Source: Paenibacillaceae bacterium
GTDB lineage: Bacteria > Bacillota > Bacilli > Paenibacillales > JAWLCZ01
DNA length: 61,068 bases
Reading direction: 5' to 3'
Assembly (NCBI GenBank): GCA_041686835.1
Contig: JAWLCZ010000001.1
Span: forward strand, 1-61,068
Shown: positions 47,120-56,754 of the stretch, piece after piece
Layout of the letters: each line of letters begins with the position of its first letter
Numbering within the stretch: position 1 is the stretch's first letter
Notes under the pieces: model-generated
The model's input: the letters and a program-made list of their open reading frames with translations, nothing else
Told to the model about the DNA's origin: nothing
Database searches by the model: none
Program-made: the position numbers and the translations under genes

Positions 47120-47303
47120 TCGATTCCTGATCGCTGAATTTCTGAATAGGAAACGGGGGAACCAAAGTGTGGCGGTTCGTCGGTGTGAGAGCCGGCTGAG
47201 CTTGCCGCATGGGGTGAATCCCGGAACGAAAGCACATGGAATTTCGTTTCGGGTAGGGCGACTCTCAAACGCCCGAATCCGTCAGCTAACCTCGTAAGCG
47301 TGG
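47120..47303 (+). promoter_or_regulatory. c-di-AMP riboswitch aptamer (ydaO/yuaA class)
   Basis: All hallmark blocks appear in order: TCGCTGAAT.., ACGGGGGAACCA, GGGGTGAATCC, GGTAGGGCGA, CCCGAATCCGTCAGCTAACCTCGTAAGCG. Confidence 0.9.
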
Positions 47304-47342
47304 ATGAAGAGAGGAGTTGAAGAGTGCGATCGAAACATTCGA

Positions 47343-47374
47343 CCACAGAGTTCACACCTCTGTGGTTTTCTATT
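47343..47374 (+). terminator. Riboswitch expression-platform terminator
   Basis: CCACAGAG-ttcacac-CTCTGTGG followed by TTTTCTATT. Confidence 0.75.
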
Positions 47375-47425
47375 GGGTAAATCGGACCGAACGCATAATA
47401 AAAACAAATGATAAGGAGAATAACA

Positions 47426-47605
47426 GTGGGTATCGTCTTGTTTTTATTTATAAATTTGTTTATTCTCGGGCTCCTTTTCATGAAAATAACGGGATTCCGG
47501 TTTCAAGCCCCGTTTGCCAGGAACCGGTTCCGCAAAGAAATATGGATTTCGTTCACCCAAGCGATCGTGTTCTCGGTTTTAATCAAGTGGGCGTTCTTTT
47601 CATGA
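47426..47605 (+). CDS. 59-aa two-TM small membrane protein downstream of the c-di-AMP riboswitch
   Basis: GTG at 47426, 7 nt after AAGGAG. Sequence VGIVLFLFINLFILGLLFMKITGFRFQAPFARNRFRKEIWISFTQAIVFSVLIKWAFFS. A hairpin follows: GGGCGTTC-ttttcat-GAACGCCC, then ..GGTTTTT. Confidence 0.45.
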   Translation: MGIVLFLFINLFILGLLFMKITGFRFQAPFARNRFRKEIWISFTQAIVFSVLIKWAFFS

Positions 47606-47619
47606 ACGCCCGCCGGTTT

Positions 47620-48495
47620 TTACAGGTCGGACGGAAGTTCAGAAGGAACCCAAAGGTTCGTCACATCGATTCCTCTTTCATCGCTTGCCTTAAGATCGCG
47701 AAGGAAGTCGAGAAAACCGACAGCCGGTTTCCAGCCGAGTACGCGTGCCGCTTCCGACAGGTCGTGCTGTTCCACCTTCTCGGGAAGCGGGATCGCATAT
47801 TTCTCCAGCAGCCGGCTTGCTCCGGGAACATGCTCCTCGCACCAGCCGATCCCGAGATCGCGGAAGTTATGAACGACTTCAGGCGGCATGCCGTGATCGG
47901 TATGCACGATCGTCTTGAAAAGACCGACCTTGCGCTCCAATGCCGCTTGAACGGATGCCACAGTGGCCGCCGCAATATCTCTCCGATCCACTCCGTTTCG
48001 CAGGAGGCGCGCCCCGAATTCCAAATATGGCCGTGGAATAAACTCATGATAGCGGAGCATGACGATGGAAGCGCCTGTCATTTCATGATAAGCTTTGCAT
48101 AAATCTTCGCCGATCACTTTGGTCACCCCGTAAACGGAACCCCATCCGTAAGCCATGGACGAAGCATAAACGATTGACTTGACGCCAGCTTGTCTGCAGG
48201 CTTCCAATACGTGAAACGTCCCGACCACATTGACCGCAAAGATCGTGTCGTCACTCACAGGAGGATGATGGGCGCAATGCCAGGCGGCAAGGTGCACGAC
48301 GGCGTCCATTCCTTCCACTGCGCGTTGAACATCCGCCGGAGTGCGGGTGTCACAGCGGATAAACTCGACCTGCTTTAAATCATCTGCGGAAGGCGGAACT
48401 ACATCTGCCATACGAACCGCAAGTCCCGCCTTCAGAAGCGCCCTACAGACGGCTTGCCCGCCATTTCCGGAAGCGCCGGTTACAAGAACTTTCAC
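47620..48495 (-). CDS. NAD-dependent epimerase/dehydratase (extended SDR)
   Basis: VLVTGASGNGGQAV (Rossmann) and YGVTKVIGE (YxxxK). GTG at 48495, after AAAGGAG. Confidence 0.8.
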   Translation of the reverse strand: MKVLVTGASGNGGQAVCRALLKAGLAVRMADVVPPSADDLKQVEFIRCDTRTPADVQRAVEGMDAVVHLAAWHCAHHPPVSDDTIFAVNVVGTFHVLEACRQAGVKSIVYASSMAYGWGSVYGVTKVIGEDLCKAYHEMTGASIVMLRYHEFIPRPYLEFGARLLRNGVDRRDIAAATVASVQAALERKVGLFKTIVHTDHGMPPEVVHNFRDLGIGWCEEHVPGASRLLEKYAIPLPEKVEQHDLSEAARVLGWKPAVGFLDFLRDLKASDERGIDVTNLWVPSELPSDL

Positions 48496-48745
48496 GTTTA
48501 AATACTCCTTTCTTATTCTCATATTGTAGAGAGCTGCATCCGTCTGTCAGCTGAATCGGAAACCCTCCGCGAAGAGTCAATTTCATTATAGCGGCAGAAA
48601 TCGCTTCTTATAAGAGCTGAAAAGTTTATTAGTTAGTTACCGAAACGTAAGCATACGTTTATTTTGCTTGGTCCAAAGTCTTAAGCCCATGTTATGACGA
48701 ATTCATCCGGGTGATCCGATATAGTAGGCTTGAGAGGAGTCGATC

Positions 48746-49246
48746 ATGATGAAATTGCATACAGAAGGCGTTTCCGAATTAGTATTGGAAGTGCGGTCCA
48801 TGGAAAGAGCGGTTGATTTCTGGTCAACTCAATTGGGTTTTCCGATTGTCGCGCAGTGGGGATATAAGGACGGGCAATTTGATAAAAACGGTTCAGGCGA
48901 GATTTGGGCGACATGGCTGTATATCGGCGGAAACACAAGGCTGGGGCTTTGGCTCCCCAGAAACTTTTCCGAACATCAATTACAGATAAAGCATCGTCCG
49001 GTGTCGGAATGGGATAACGGTTTATATGACGAAGGCGGTGTTCATGTCCATTTTGCTCTGTATATCCGACCGGAACGATTCGATGAAACGGTGACGTTGC
49101 TGCAGTCGCTTAACATCGATGTAACGGTCAGGGTTCCCGATAGCGGCCGTGACGAGCGCTCCGTTTATTTTAAAGACACAGAGGGTAACCTTGTTGAGTT
49201 TTATACGAAAAATATGATGCAATGTTATGCAAGTGAAAAGAATTGA
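48746..49246 (+). CDS. VOC/glyoxalase family protein
   Basis: VSELVLEVRSMERAVDFWSTQLGFPI ... VYFKDTEGNLVEFY. Confidence 0.7.
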   Translation: MMKLHTEGVSELVLEVRSMERAVDFWSTQLGFPIVAQWGYKDGQFDKNGSGEIWATWLYIGGNTRLGLWLPRNFSEHQLQIKHRPVSEWDNGLYDEGGVHVHFALYIRPERFDETVTLLQSLNIDVTVRVPDSGRDERSVYFKDTEGNLVEFYTKNMMQCYASEKN

Positions 49247-49503
49247 ATTTCCCCGAATCAAGCATGAAACTTGATAAAAACGGACACAATTCCGGCGCCT
49301 CCGTCTGTTATAATGGGTTTGACACATTCTGCCAGGCAGGCGTAAGCGTGAGCGAGCCGCCCGCAATACGGCTTGCATCATAAGCAGGAAAGGAGAGCAC
49401 ATCCGCTTTGAAAACCGCTGCAAACCAGGAAAATTATAAGCCGGGCAGTGTCCCGGCCGCTTTGAAATTCATTCGCGGCCATGCGCGAGATAGGGAGGTA
49501 ACG

Positions 49504-50535
49504 ATGTCCAGCATCGCACATGAAAAACAACTTCAGGACCTGCAATTCAGTTTTCCTGACGGAAGCATGCATTCTCAAATCAACAGCTTGCTCGGCAGTC
49601 TCCGGTTTCTCGGAATCCCGGTGAAGAAACATTGGTTATTCGGCGCCTCCGGTCTCAGTTTTCTGTTTCGTATCGATGACCGAATCGATATCGCCCCCGA
49701 AATGCACGAACTCCCGTATTCCCGCATGTATGAGCTGGTTCAAAATCTGGGAGTTCGGATCGGAGGGGTGAGCGGATATGGAGAAGGCGGATCGTATGTG
49801 GAACTGGCCGCCGCCGCATGGGAACAAGCGAGAATGGCGATTGACCGAGGCTGCCCCTGTTTTGGCCGTGGCATTCAGTACGGGCTAAACGAAACGGCTC
49901 TCGTTTACGGCTACGATAAAGAAGGATACTTTTCCGACTGCTGGAGAAACAGGGGGAAACACACTCCGTGGGATCGAATCGGGGAAGGGCTCAGTTTAGC
50001 GGAGTATTCTTTACAAGATCATGCTGAAAAACAGCATAAAGGGTACGTCGATCTACATTGGATGGAACCGGCGCCCGCCGCCGGCGACAAAAAGACAGTG
50101 AGGGAGGCGTTGGAATTGGCCGTTAGCTTCGCCGAGGAGCCGGAACGATGGGTGCGGCCGACAACCAAGACCGGCGTGGCGGCTTTGAACGCTTTAACGG
50201 CAGCTCTCGCCGATAATAAGGTGGACGGGTGGCTGTTCAGTTGGAGTGCGGGAATGTGGCGAGAAAGTTTCAGTAACGGCGCGGAGTTTCTGCAGGAAGC
50301 CCGGAGCCGGCTCGGGATGGATTCCAGCGCTTCCTTTCACGAAGCCATCGAGAGTTACCGGTTGCTGGCCCAACGGTTCAAGAAATTAACGGAACTTTAT
50401 CCATTCCCGGCTGCGGAAGGCATCATCGCGGATACGGAACAGCGGCGGATGGCGGTCGAAACATTACAGGAAGCCGTACCGGTCATGGCTGCGTCTGTCC
50501 AAGCGCTGGCGGGCGTCGTTGAGGAATTGAGATAA
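49504..50535 (+). CDS. Hypothetical protein, paralog of the ORF at 24031-25026 (tentatively BtrH_N/DUF4872-like)
   Basis: ATG at 49504, after GGGAGG. Shared blocks with the sigma-linked paralog are listed under that feature. Confidence 0.5.
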   Translation: MSSIAHEKQLQDLQFSFPDGSMHSQINSLLGSLRFLGIPVKKHWLFGASGLSFLFRIDDRIDIAPEMHELPYSRMYELVQNLGVRIGGVSGYGEGGSYVELAAAAWEQARMAIDRGCPCFGRGIQYGLNETALVYGYDKEGYFSDCWRNRGKHTPWDRIGEGLSLAEYSLQDHAEKQHKGYVDLHWMEPAPAAGDKKTVREALELAVSFAEEPERWVRPTTKTGVAALNALTAALADNKVDGWLFSWSAGMWRESFSNGAEFLQEARSRLGMDSSASFHEAIESYRLLAQRFKKLTELYPFPAAEGIIADTEQRRMAVETLQEAVPVMAASVQALAGVVEELR

Positions 50536-50548
50536 GCAGGATCAATCA

Positions 50549-50574
50549 AGCCGAGGCGCAAGCCCGGCTTTTTG
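50549..50574 (+). terminator. Rho-independent terminator
   Basis: AGCCGAGG-cgcaag-CCCGGCT followed by TTTTT (one bulge). Confidence 0.55.
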
Positions 50575-50585
50575 ACATGTCCGTT

Positions 50586-51110
50586 TCATTTGTTGATATA
50601 AACAAGAACCTCTCCAATGTAATCGTTGATGGGTTGCGAGGTGTCCACTTTCATACATTCGCGGTCAGCAGGCTTTTTGCTGCGAAGAATCACCTCTTTG
50701 AAACGTTCTTCAGGGATCTCGACTGGACCAATCTGACTCATCATACGCTCACGGTTTTTCAGCCTATGATTAATCTCGTGGATATCTTCTACTATACATT
50801 CAACATACTTATATTTTGCCTTATGCTTTTCCGCCAAAGAAGTTCCTAGTTTCACCATTTCTTCGTAAAGGCAGGGGCTGTCGAGTATGACATTATGTCC
50901 TTGTGATAAGAAAAAATCGATCAATGACCATTCGATGTTGTAGGAAATTCCCCCAACACGCTTTGGATCCATATCGCTATCCAATGACTCCAACAATGCC
51001 GTTTTTACAACATCGTGATCTATGACTATCGCATGAGTGGACTTAGCAATCAATCTGGCAAGAGTCGACTTTCCAGAGCCAGGGAATCCCGACATTTGTA
51101 AAAAAAACAT
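50586..51110 (-). CDS. P-loop ATPase/kinase (AAA_33-like)
   Basis: Walker A MSGFPGSGKSTLA. ATG at 51110, after GGAGG. 174 aa. Confidence 0.65.
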   Translation of the reverse strand: MFFLQMSGFPGSGKSTLARLIAKSTHAIVIDHDVVKTALLESLDSDMDPKRVGGISYNIEWSLIDFFLSQGHNVILDSPCLYEEMVKLGTSLAEKHKAKYKYVECIVEDIHEINHRLKNRERMMSQIGPVEIPEERFKEVILRSKKPADRECMKVDTSQPINDYIGEVLVYINK

Positions 51111-51359
51111 AGTAACGCCTCCATTGGTATACCAGAATGTGTATATATACCACATGAACAACAAATTTCCTGCTTATCGCGTGAAAATGTCTTTTCCAGC
51201 TTGAACTCTTCTGCCCGTGCGGGGCGAAGGGCTGCCACGCGGCAGCCCTTTCGGTACTGCCGATTGTGACCGTAAAGGCGAGTGACCTAACGTGAATGAA
51301 AGGTGTTTTTTCCCTTTTCGAAGAAAATAGTTAGAAAACCTTTGGGGAGGGATATTATT

Positions 51360-52289
51360 TTGCGTGAGATGATAGAGATACGGGGAAAACGGCTTTACGT
51401 TGAAATGCATGGATCTGAACAGAATCCGGCTTTACTTTATTTGCACGGTGGACCTGGTTCCAGCTGTTACGATTTTATTTATTTTCAAAAAGAAAGACTT
51501 ATGCAAAATCTCAGAGTTATCGCTATGGACCAACGGGGTGTCCTGAGATCGGAGGCAATCCGTCCGAACGAACCGTTTGGTTTAAAAGATTTGGTAGAAG
51601 ATTGCGAAGCCCTGCGGAAATATGTGGGTGCTAAAACATGGTCTGTTTCGGGGCATTCTTTTGGCGGAGCATTGGCGGTTCATTATGCTCTTTCTTATCC
51701 CGAATCGATCGATCGTCTTATACTGGAGTGTCCGGGGCTTGACTTGGATTTGACATTACGATCACACTTGAGAGCCATGTCGTTAGAATACCTTTCCATC
51801 GGCAAATATGATGAAGCCAAAGCGTGTTTGAAAGCTGCCAACGAATGTAACAAAAAAGATGCCTTCGATGCCTTCAATACACTTCGCGATTCCCTCGGGG
51901 ATCGCTGGGAGCCCATGCACATTCATGGATCGGAGAAGCGGGTATTCAGCCGAATTTTTGGGGAAGCTTCGTTTACAGAAGAACATTGGAAGCGATCGGG
52001 TACCCATATCAGGAGGTTGTTTGAAGACGGCGTAATCTTTGAATCCCTACTTCCTTTACTGCATCAAATCAAACACCCGACACTATTGATAAAAGGAAAA
52101 TATGATCTTGTAACGACCGATGTTCAGATTTTTTCATTCTTAGAGAATGTGGTCAACGGTAAGGTAGAGATCTTTGATCAAAGCGGACACTTTCCCCGTA
52201 TTGATGAACCCGACCGTTATGCTCATGTTGTCACTCATTTTATAAAATCGTCCCCTTGCGGGGAACCGTCATGCTTATCATTTCGGTAA
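51360..52289 (+). CDS. Alpha/beta hydrolase (proline-iminopeptidase/S33-like)
   Basis: LYLHGGPGSSCYDF and nucleophile elbow VSGHSFGG. TTG at 51360, after GGGGAGGG (alternatively ATG 51369). Confidence 0.75.
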   Translation: MREMIEIRGKRLYVEMHGSEQNPALLYLHGGPGSSCYDFIYFQKERLMQNLRVIAMDQRGVLRSEAIRPNEPFGLKDLVEDCEALRKYVGAKTWSVSGHSFGGALAVHYALSYPESIDRLILECPGLDLDLTLRSHLRAMSLEYLSIGKYDEAKACLKAANECNKKDAFDAFNTLRDSLGDRWEPMHIHGSEKRVFSRIFGEASFTEEHWKRSGTHIRRLFEDGVIFESLLPLLHQIKHPTLLIKGKYDLVTTDVQIFSFLENVVNGKVEIFDQSGHFPRIDEPDRYAHVVTHFIKSSPCGEPSCLSFR

Positions 52290-52380
52290 CGGAAGCAGGC
52301 GTGATCGTCTCATACGTCCACCAACCGATCCGGCCTGATTCATACTTATTAAGATGAAACCAGCTTTAAAGGGGAGCCCA

Positions 52381-54024
52381 ATGCGAACGACCGGTCTGTT
52401 CGATGAAACCTTAATTCAGGAATATTCCAAAAAAATATTCGGCTTTGCGCTTTCCAAAACCGGCCACTATCATAACGCCGAAGATTTGGCGCAGGAAATC
52501 GTACTGTCGCTGCTCCGTTCGTTACGTGCTGGAAAAGAGATTGGCAATATGGACGCGTGGGTGCATAAAATTTGCTGCTACACATGGACCAATTATTTGG
52601 CGAAAGAGAAGCGGCATTGGAGAAGCGTCGATATTGACGGTCAAAATCTGCACAGCGACGCGGTAAGCATGGATGAACAGTTGGAAACGATGGAAAGCCT
52701 GCAGCTTTTGAAGCGCGAGGTTGCGTATTTGGGCAGGCTGCATCGCGAAATCTCCGTTATGTATTATTATGACGGCAGGAGCATCGGCAGCATAGCCGAA
52801 CGTTTGAATATTCCCCAGGGTACGGTAAAGTGGCACCTCTTTGAAGCGCGCAAAAAAATCAGGGAGGGTATGAACATGGTGGAAAGCACGGAAAGGTTGA
52901 GCTACAAGCCAATCCAAATGACAGTGGGACATAGCGGTATACCCGGTCCAAACGGTGAGCCGAACAGCTACTTTAATTCGCTCTTAAGCGTCAATATTTT
53001 CGCAGCAGCTTACGAGCATCCCGTCGCCATAGAGGACATCGCCCGCAAACTTGGCGTTGCCAGCGCGTATATCGAAGACTATGTCGCGAAATTCGAGCAT
53101 TTCGAGCTGATCAGGAAGATCGGCGGAGGGAAATACCAGACCAACTTTGTGATCGACAACATCGAGAGCAAAAAAAGGGAATATGCATATCTGAAAGCGA
53201 AAGGAGAGGAGCTGGCGGACGACTTTCACGATGTTATCGCTTCAAGATTGGGGGATATGAAAGCGATTGGTTTTTACGGCAGCCATGTCAACGATTCTTT
53301 TTTGCTGTGGGCTTTCATCCCTTATTCGATCCATTATCAGTATTGGCGGGTAAAAGACAGCCGCTATTATCTGCAGTACGAGCCGGATGAAAAGAAAGAC
53401 GGGGGCAAATATATTGTTGAGGCGAGCATCCGCTACGAGCAAAGCGAATATGAACGGCAAATTCCCGATTATGCCATCGTGCGAAAATATGAAACTAACG
53501 GGATAAAGACACGCATGAACGGGAAATATGCCGGGCTGCAGATGGAAACGTGGTGGTCGGGAAGGAAGTGGCGCGACTTTAACGCTCCGGACATTATGGA
53601 GATGAGCCGGATCGCAGATTTAATCGAAAACGGGGCCGAGCACAACGAATACGACAAAGTGCTGATCAGCAGAATGGTTGAAAAGGGATTTGTATCGTAC
53701 CGTCACGGCAGGTTGGAATGCTTAGTTCCGTTTTTTAAAGAAGAGCAGTATCGTCAATTCGTCCACATTCTTGAAGAAGGACTGCGGCAGATAGGCGCCA
53801 AAGAAAAGCTGGAGCGGGTGCACGACGATTTTGTGGCGATGTGGGAAAGCATGGCGCCGCCTTTTGTGGCAAAGAAGGACATTGTATATAAGGCAATGAA
53901 CCGCGGGACTTCTATCATTTTTGCGATCATGGAATATTTGGAACGAACGGGGAAGCTGCCGCTGCCGGTCGAGTCCGAAAAGGACCGTCTGACAACGGTG
54001 ATGTGGCTGCGGGATGAAATGTGA
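52381..54024 (+). CDS. Sigma-70/ECF-like sigma factor fused to a ~370-aa C-terminal domain of unknown function
   Basis: Region 2 EDLAQEIVLSLLRSL..DAWVHKICCYTWTNYLAKEKR. Region 4 ISVMYYYDGRSIGSIAERLNIPQGTVKWHLFEARKKIREGM. A soluble extension with no TM segment follows. Confidence 0.7.
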   Translation: MRTTGLFDETLIQEYSKKIFGFALSKTGHYHNAEDLAQEIVLSLLRSLRAGKEIGNMDAWVHKICCYTWTNYLAKEKRHWRSVDIDGQNLHSDAVSMDEQLETMESLQLLKREVAYLGRLHREISVMYYYDGRSIGSIAERLNIPQGTVKWHLFEARKKIREGMNMVESTERLSYKPIQMTVGHSGIPGPNGEPNSYFNSLLSVNIFAAAYEHPVAIEDIARKLGVASAYIEDYVAKFEHFELIRKIGGGKYQTNFVIDNIESKKREYAYLKAKGEELADDFHDVIASRLGDMKAIGFYGSHVNDSFLLWAFIPYSIHYQYWRVKDSRYYLQYEPDEKKDGGKYIVEASIRYEQSEYERQIPDYAIVRKYETNGIKTRMNGKYAGLQMETWWSGRKWRDFNAPDIMEMSRIADLIENGAEHNEYDKVLISRMVEKGFVSYRHGRLECLVPFFKEEQYRQFVHILEEGLRQIGAKEKLERVHDDFVAMWESMAPPFVAKKDIVYKAMNRGTSIIFAIMEYLERTGKLPLPVESEKDRLTTVMWLRDEM

Positions 54025-54028
54025 GATG

Positions 54029-54061
54029 GCAAAAACCAAAGGTTGTGAACCTTTGGTTTTT
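54029..54061 (+). terminator. Strong Rho-independent terminator
   Basis: CAAAAACCAAAGG-ttgtgaa-CCTTTGGTTTTTG. Confidence 0.85.
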
Positions 54062-54268
54062 GCACGATCTATTTTATGTCTTTTGTCATCTCAAATCTCC
54101 CATTTCGACTAACTAACCTTCCAATTTCCGTTGCTGTAAAATTTCGGTATTTGTAATCATTTTCCACTTATGGGAGCTTTAATGCCTGTTCAAAAAACGT
54201 TTCACATTATAGAGCTCCCCAAAGTCTCACTTCATTTCTTAGCCCTTTGCAGAATTATGATTTTCTTT

Positions 54269-55018
54269 TTACTGGAAGTATGTTTCAACCGATTCAAGTT
54301 CAAATAATCCACTCTCTCTAATAAACTGTTTGAGAAGATAATTATGTCCTGAACCGTAAATAATCAAAATCCTGTCGTTTGCATCTGTTGCCATTCTTGT
54401 GATATTTGAATACACAATCAAATTGCGTTGGTACCACCACCGAAGCCACCAAGGACCAAAGTAATCCGGAAATTCCCCTAAACGGGCTCTGTAACGAATG
54501 TAGCCCTGGTGGTCCAAAGCATTTAATTCATCGTTATTTTGAATACGAATCCTCTCCGACAGCGTGCCTGAACCACTCATTTTTTGGTTCAAACGGGCCC
54601 ACCAAGCTTTTTCTTCTTCAAGCAATTCGGGCTGGCGTTTCTCAACTCGTTCATAAGCCTTTTCCAAAATTTCTTTATCCTTATCAGGGAATTCCATCCA
54701 ATCGGTCGCATAAATTCTTTCGTGACCCATTTCCCGTGCTATACGAAACCCCAATTGATATACTTCGTTTCCTGCCGAACCCATAAGAAGCCTCTCATCA
54801 CCGGTTAGTTTCACATGACCGGCGAGAAATTTCTGATACTCATCATTGAGAGTCTCGTCTTCTTCCACCACGACTTCAACACCTACCTTGGTGGGACGAA
54901 AAGACTTGATCCGATCAACCAATTCTTGAATCTCACTCTGACATTGAGGTTCAAATACATCTTCTAAATAGCGAAAATGAAAGACTCCAAGAATCATCAC
55001 AACCGGTTTCCTAGACAT
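54269..55018 (-). CDS. Hypothetical protein (tentatively DUF5694 / TraB-GumN-like)
   Basis: VVMILGVFHFRY...SEIQELVDRIKSFRPTKVGVEV ... ILIIYGSGHNYLLKQFI. The family call is from memory of the pattern only. Confidence 0.4.
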   Translation of the reverse strand: MSRKPVVMILGVFHFRYLEDVFEPQCQSEIQELVDRIKSFRPTKVGVEVVVEEDETLNDEYQKFLAGHVKLTGDERLLMGSAGNEVYQLGFRIAREMGHERIYATDWMEFPDKDKEILEKAYERVEKRQPELLEEEKAWWARLNQKMSGSGTLSERIRIQNNDELNALDHQGYIRYRARLGEFPDYFGPWWLRWWYQRNLIVYSNITRMATDANDRILIIYGSGHNYLLKQFIRESGLFELESVETYFQ

Positions 55019-55141
55019 ACTCAGTCCTCCTAAGACAAGCCAATTTAGAATTAACGTATCATAAAATGGTTAAATTTACCATAAGAATGTAGTCAATCCG
55101 CGCTTGCGGGAATCCGGTAATTTGTTACGCCAGAACCACAA

Positions 55142-55894
55142 TCACGATCTTTGTTCCATCATATTTTCAATCCGTTCCAGCTCCCGCAGCGGAAAGTCGT
55201 CCCTGAAATCGTGTTGCTCCATAAACTCTACAATTTTCCCCCATTCCCGCGCCGCCTCTTCAAGACGCTTTTCCCGTTCGAGCAGGTAAGCCTTCATGAA
55301 CCGACCGTCGATCAACAGCGGGTCAAGCTGCGCCGATCGTTCCCACGCTTGCAGCGCTTCTTCCGTGCGACCGTTCCGCGAATGAACTTCGCCGTCGTTA
55401 TATACGAGCATGGCGTGAGTGGGGAACAGTTTCAACCCGGCCTTAACGACTTTCTCCGCTTCATGAATCTGATCCGCTTTCAGGTAGCACTGGGCCAAGT
55501 AACAATAAATTTTGGGTTCGTCAGGGGTTTTTCTTAATTGTTCCTTGTAAAATTCAATCGATTTGTTGATTTCTAAAAGCTGTGCGCGGACATGGATAAG
55601 CTGGGCATGTAGTTTGCCGCTGACCCAATCATAGTCTCGCTTTATCATTTCGCTTTCCAGACCTTTTTCGTAGCATTCCGCCGCTTTCCGAAGAAATTGG
55701 TTTGCTTGCGTCTCCAGAAGAGAACCGTATAAGAACAAGTATTCCGGGTTGTTCGGTTGCTCGTTTAATGCTTCTTCATAAAGTCGAATCGCTTCGGCCC
55801 AAGCGGTTTCATCATTTCCCGCCCGCTCCATCAAACGGAATTTTTTATCCTTTTCCCATTTGAATTCAACTTCTTCCCGCCGCATGTTTTTCAC
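55142..55894 (-). CDS. Tetratricopeptide-repeat protein
   Basis: Multiple 34-aa TPR-like units (AIRLYEEALNEQPNNPEYLF.., YCYLAQCYLKADQIHEAEKVVKAGLKLFP.., EEALQAWERSAQLDP..). Confidence 0.7.
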   Translation of the reverse strand: MKNMRREEVEFKWEKDKKFRLMERAGNDETAWAEAIRLYEEALNEQPNNPEYLFLYGSLLETQANQFLRKAAECYEKGLESEMIKRDYDWVSGKLHAQLIHVRAQLLEINKSIEFYKEQLRKTPDEPKIYCYLAQCYLKADQIHEAEKVVKAGLKLFPTHAMLVYNDGEVHSRNGRTEEALQAWERSAQLDPLLIDGRFMKAYLLEREKRLEEAAREWGKIVEFMEQHDFRDDFPLRELERIENMMEQRS

Positions 55895-56097
55895 GCTCCC
55901 TGGTTCAATATGTTTTGTTTTACATGGTCCCGCATTTCCGCCAAAAGTCTTCCTTGGGGCGAAGGCAAACCGTCGAGCTCACACAGAAGGCGTTCGGCGA
56001 TCTGTTTCGCCAGCTGCCGCTTAATCGGTACCCATACATCGGGAGTGGCGGCGATGAATTCATCTTTCAACCGGAAAATAAGACGATCGTGCTCCAT
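55891..56097 (-). CDS. Small (68 aa) hypothetical protein between the ECF sigma and TPR genes
   Basis: ATG at 56097, after GGGAGGTGAAGAGG. Overlaps the sigma-gene 3' end by 38 nt and the TPR start by 4 nt. Confidence 0.4.
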   Translation of the reverse strand: MEHDRLIFRLKDEFIAATPDVWVPIKRQLAKQIAERLLCELDGLPSPQGRLLAEMRDHVKQNILNQGA

Positions 56098-56611
56098 CCT
56101 CTTCACCTCCCATGAATCTGGCCAACTGCGCCAAACTTTTCCGGTACTTCCACCGCACCGTGCCTGCGGGCATTCCGAGCAGAACGCCAATTTCACGGTG
56201 TTTCAATCCGCCGATGACATGCATGACGACAATTTGACGTTCGATGTCCGACAATTGGAACAGCGCCTCCATCAGTTCCAATCTCAACGCCGGTATGTTG
56301 GTCTTAGGATCGGAAATACGATCAACTTCAGCGTCAAAAACGGCATGGTTTTGTCTCTGGCGCAGAGCATCGTAAGCAAGGTGGCGGGCTATGGATGTGA
56401 CCCACGCTTTAGGATGGGTACCGGGACGGTAGCTGCCCGCTTTTTCATAAATACGCACAAACGTTTCCTGTAATACGTCTTCCGCCGCCGCACGATTCCC
56501 GACAATGGCGAATGCTACCGCATAAACGGGCACCCGCAGCTCTTCGTAAAGAGTCTGAAGCGATTCGATATTTCCGTCAGCGGCAGCCTTTAACAATTCA
56601 TCCAGCTCCAT
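56060..56611 (-). CDS. ECF-type RNA polymerase sigma factor
   Basis: Region 2 AEDVLQETFVRIYEKAGSYRPGTHPKAWVTSIARHLAYDALRQ. Region 4 IERQIVVMHVIGGLKHREIGVLLGMPAGTVRWKYRKSLAQL. Confidence 0.85.
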   Translation of the reverse strand: MELDELLKAAADGNIESLQTLYEELRVPVYAVAFAIVGNRAAAEDVLQETFVRIYEKAGSYRPGTHPKAWVTSIARHLAYDALRQRQNHAVFDAEVDRISDPKTNIPALRLELMEALFQLSDIERQIVVMHVIGGLKHREIGVLLGMPAGTVRWKYRKSLAQLARFMGGEEDGARSSYFPVER

Positions 56612-56754
56612 TTCGCACCTCCCTTGCAAATATAACGCCGCTACGATTCATTTTGTTGGAAATAAGTTGAATTTTTTTGCAGGACAGCAGCTGTCAGCGT
56701 CGAAATCGAAGTATGTTGAGGGAAAAATTGGAGCCCAAACAGAGGGGAATATCC

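Noticed and set aside
47317-48102. 261-aa plus-strand ORF downstream of the riboswitch
   Set aside because: It would start inside the expression platform without an RBS, run through the terminator, and lie antisense to the SDR epimerase. The short GTG-initiated 59-aa ORF is the only credible plus-strand candidate.
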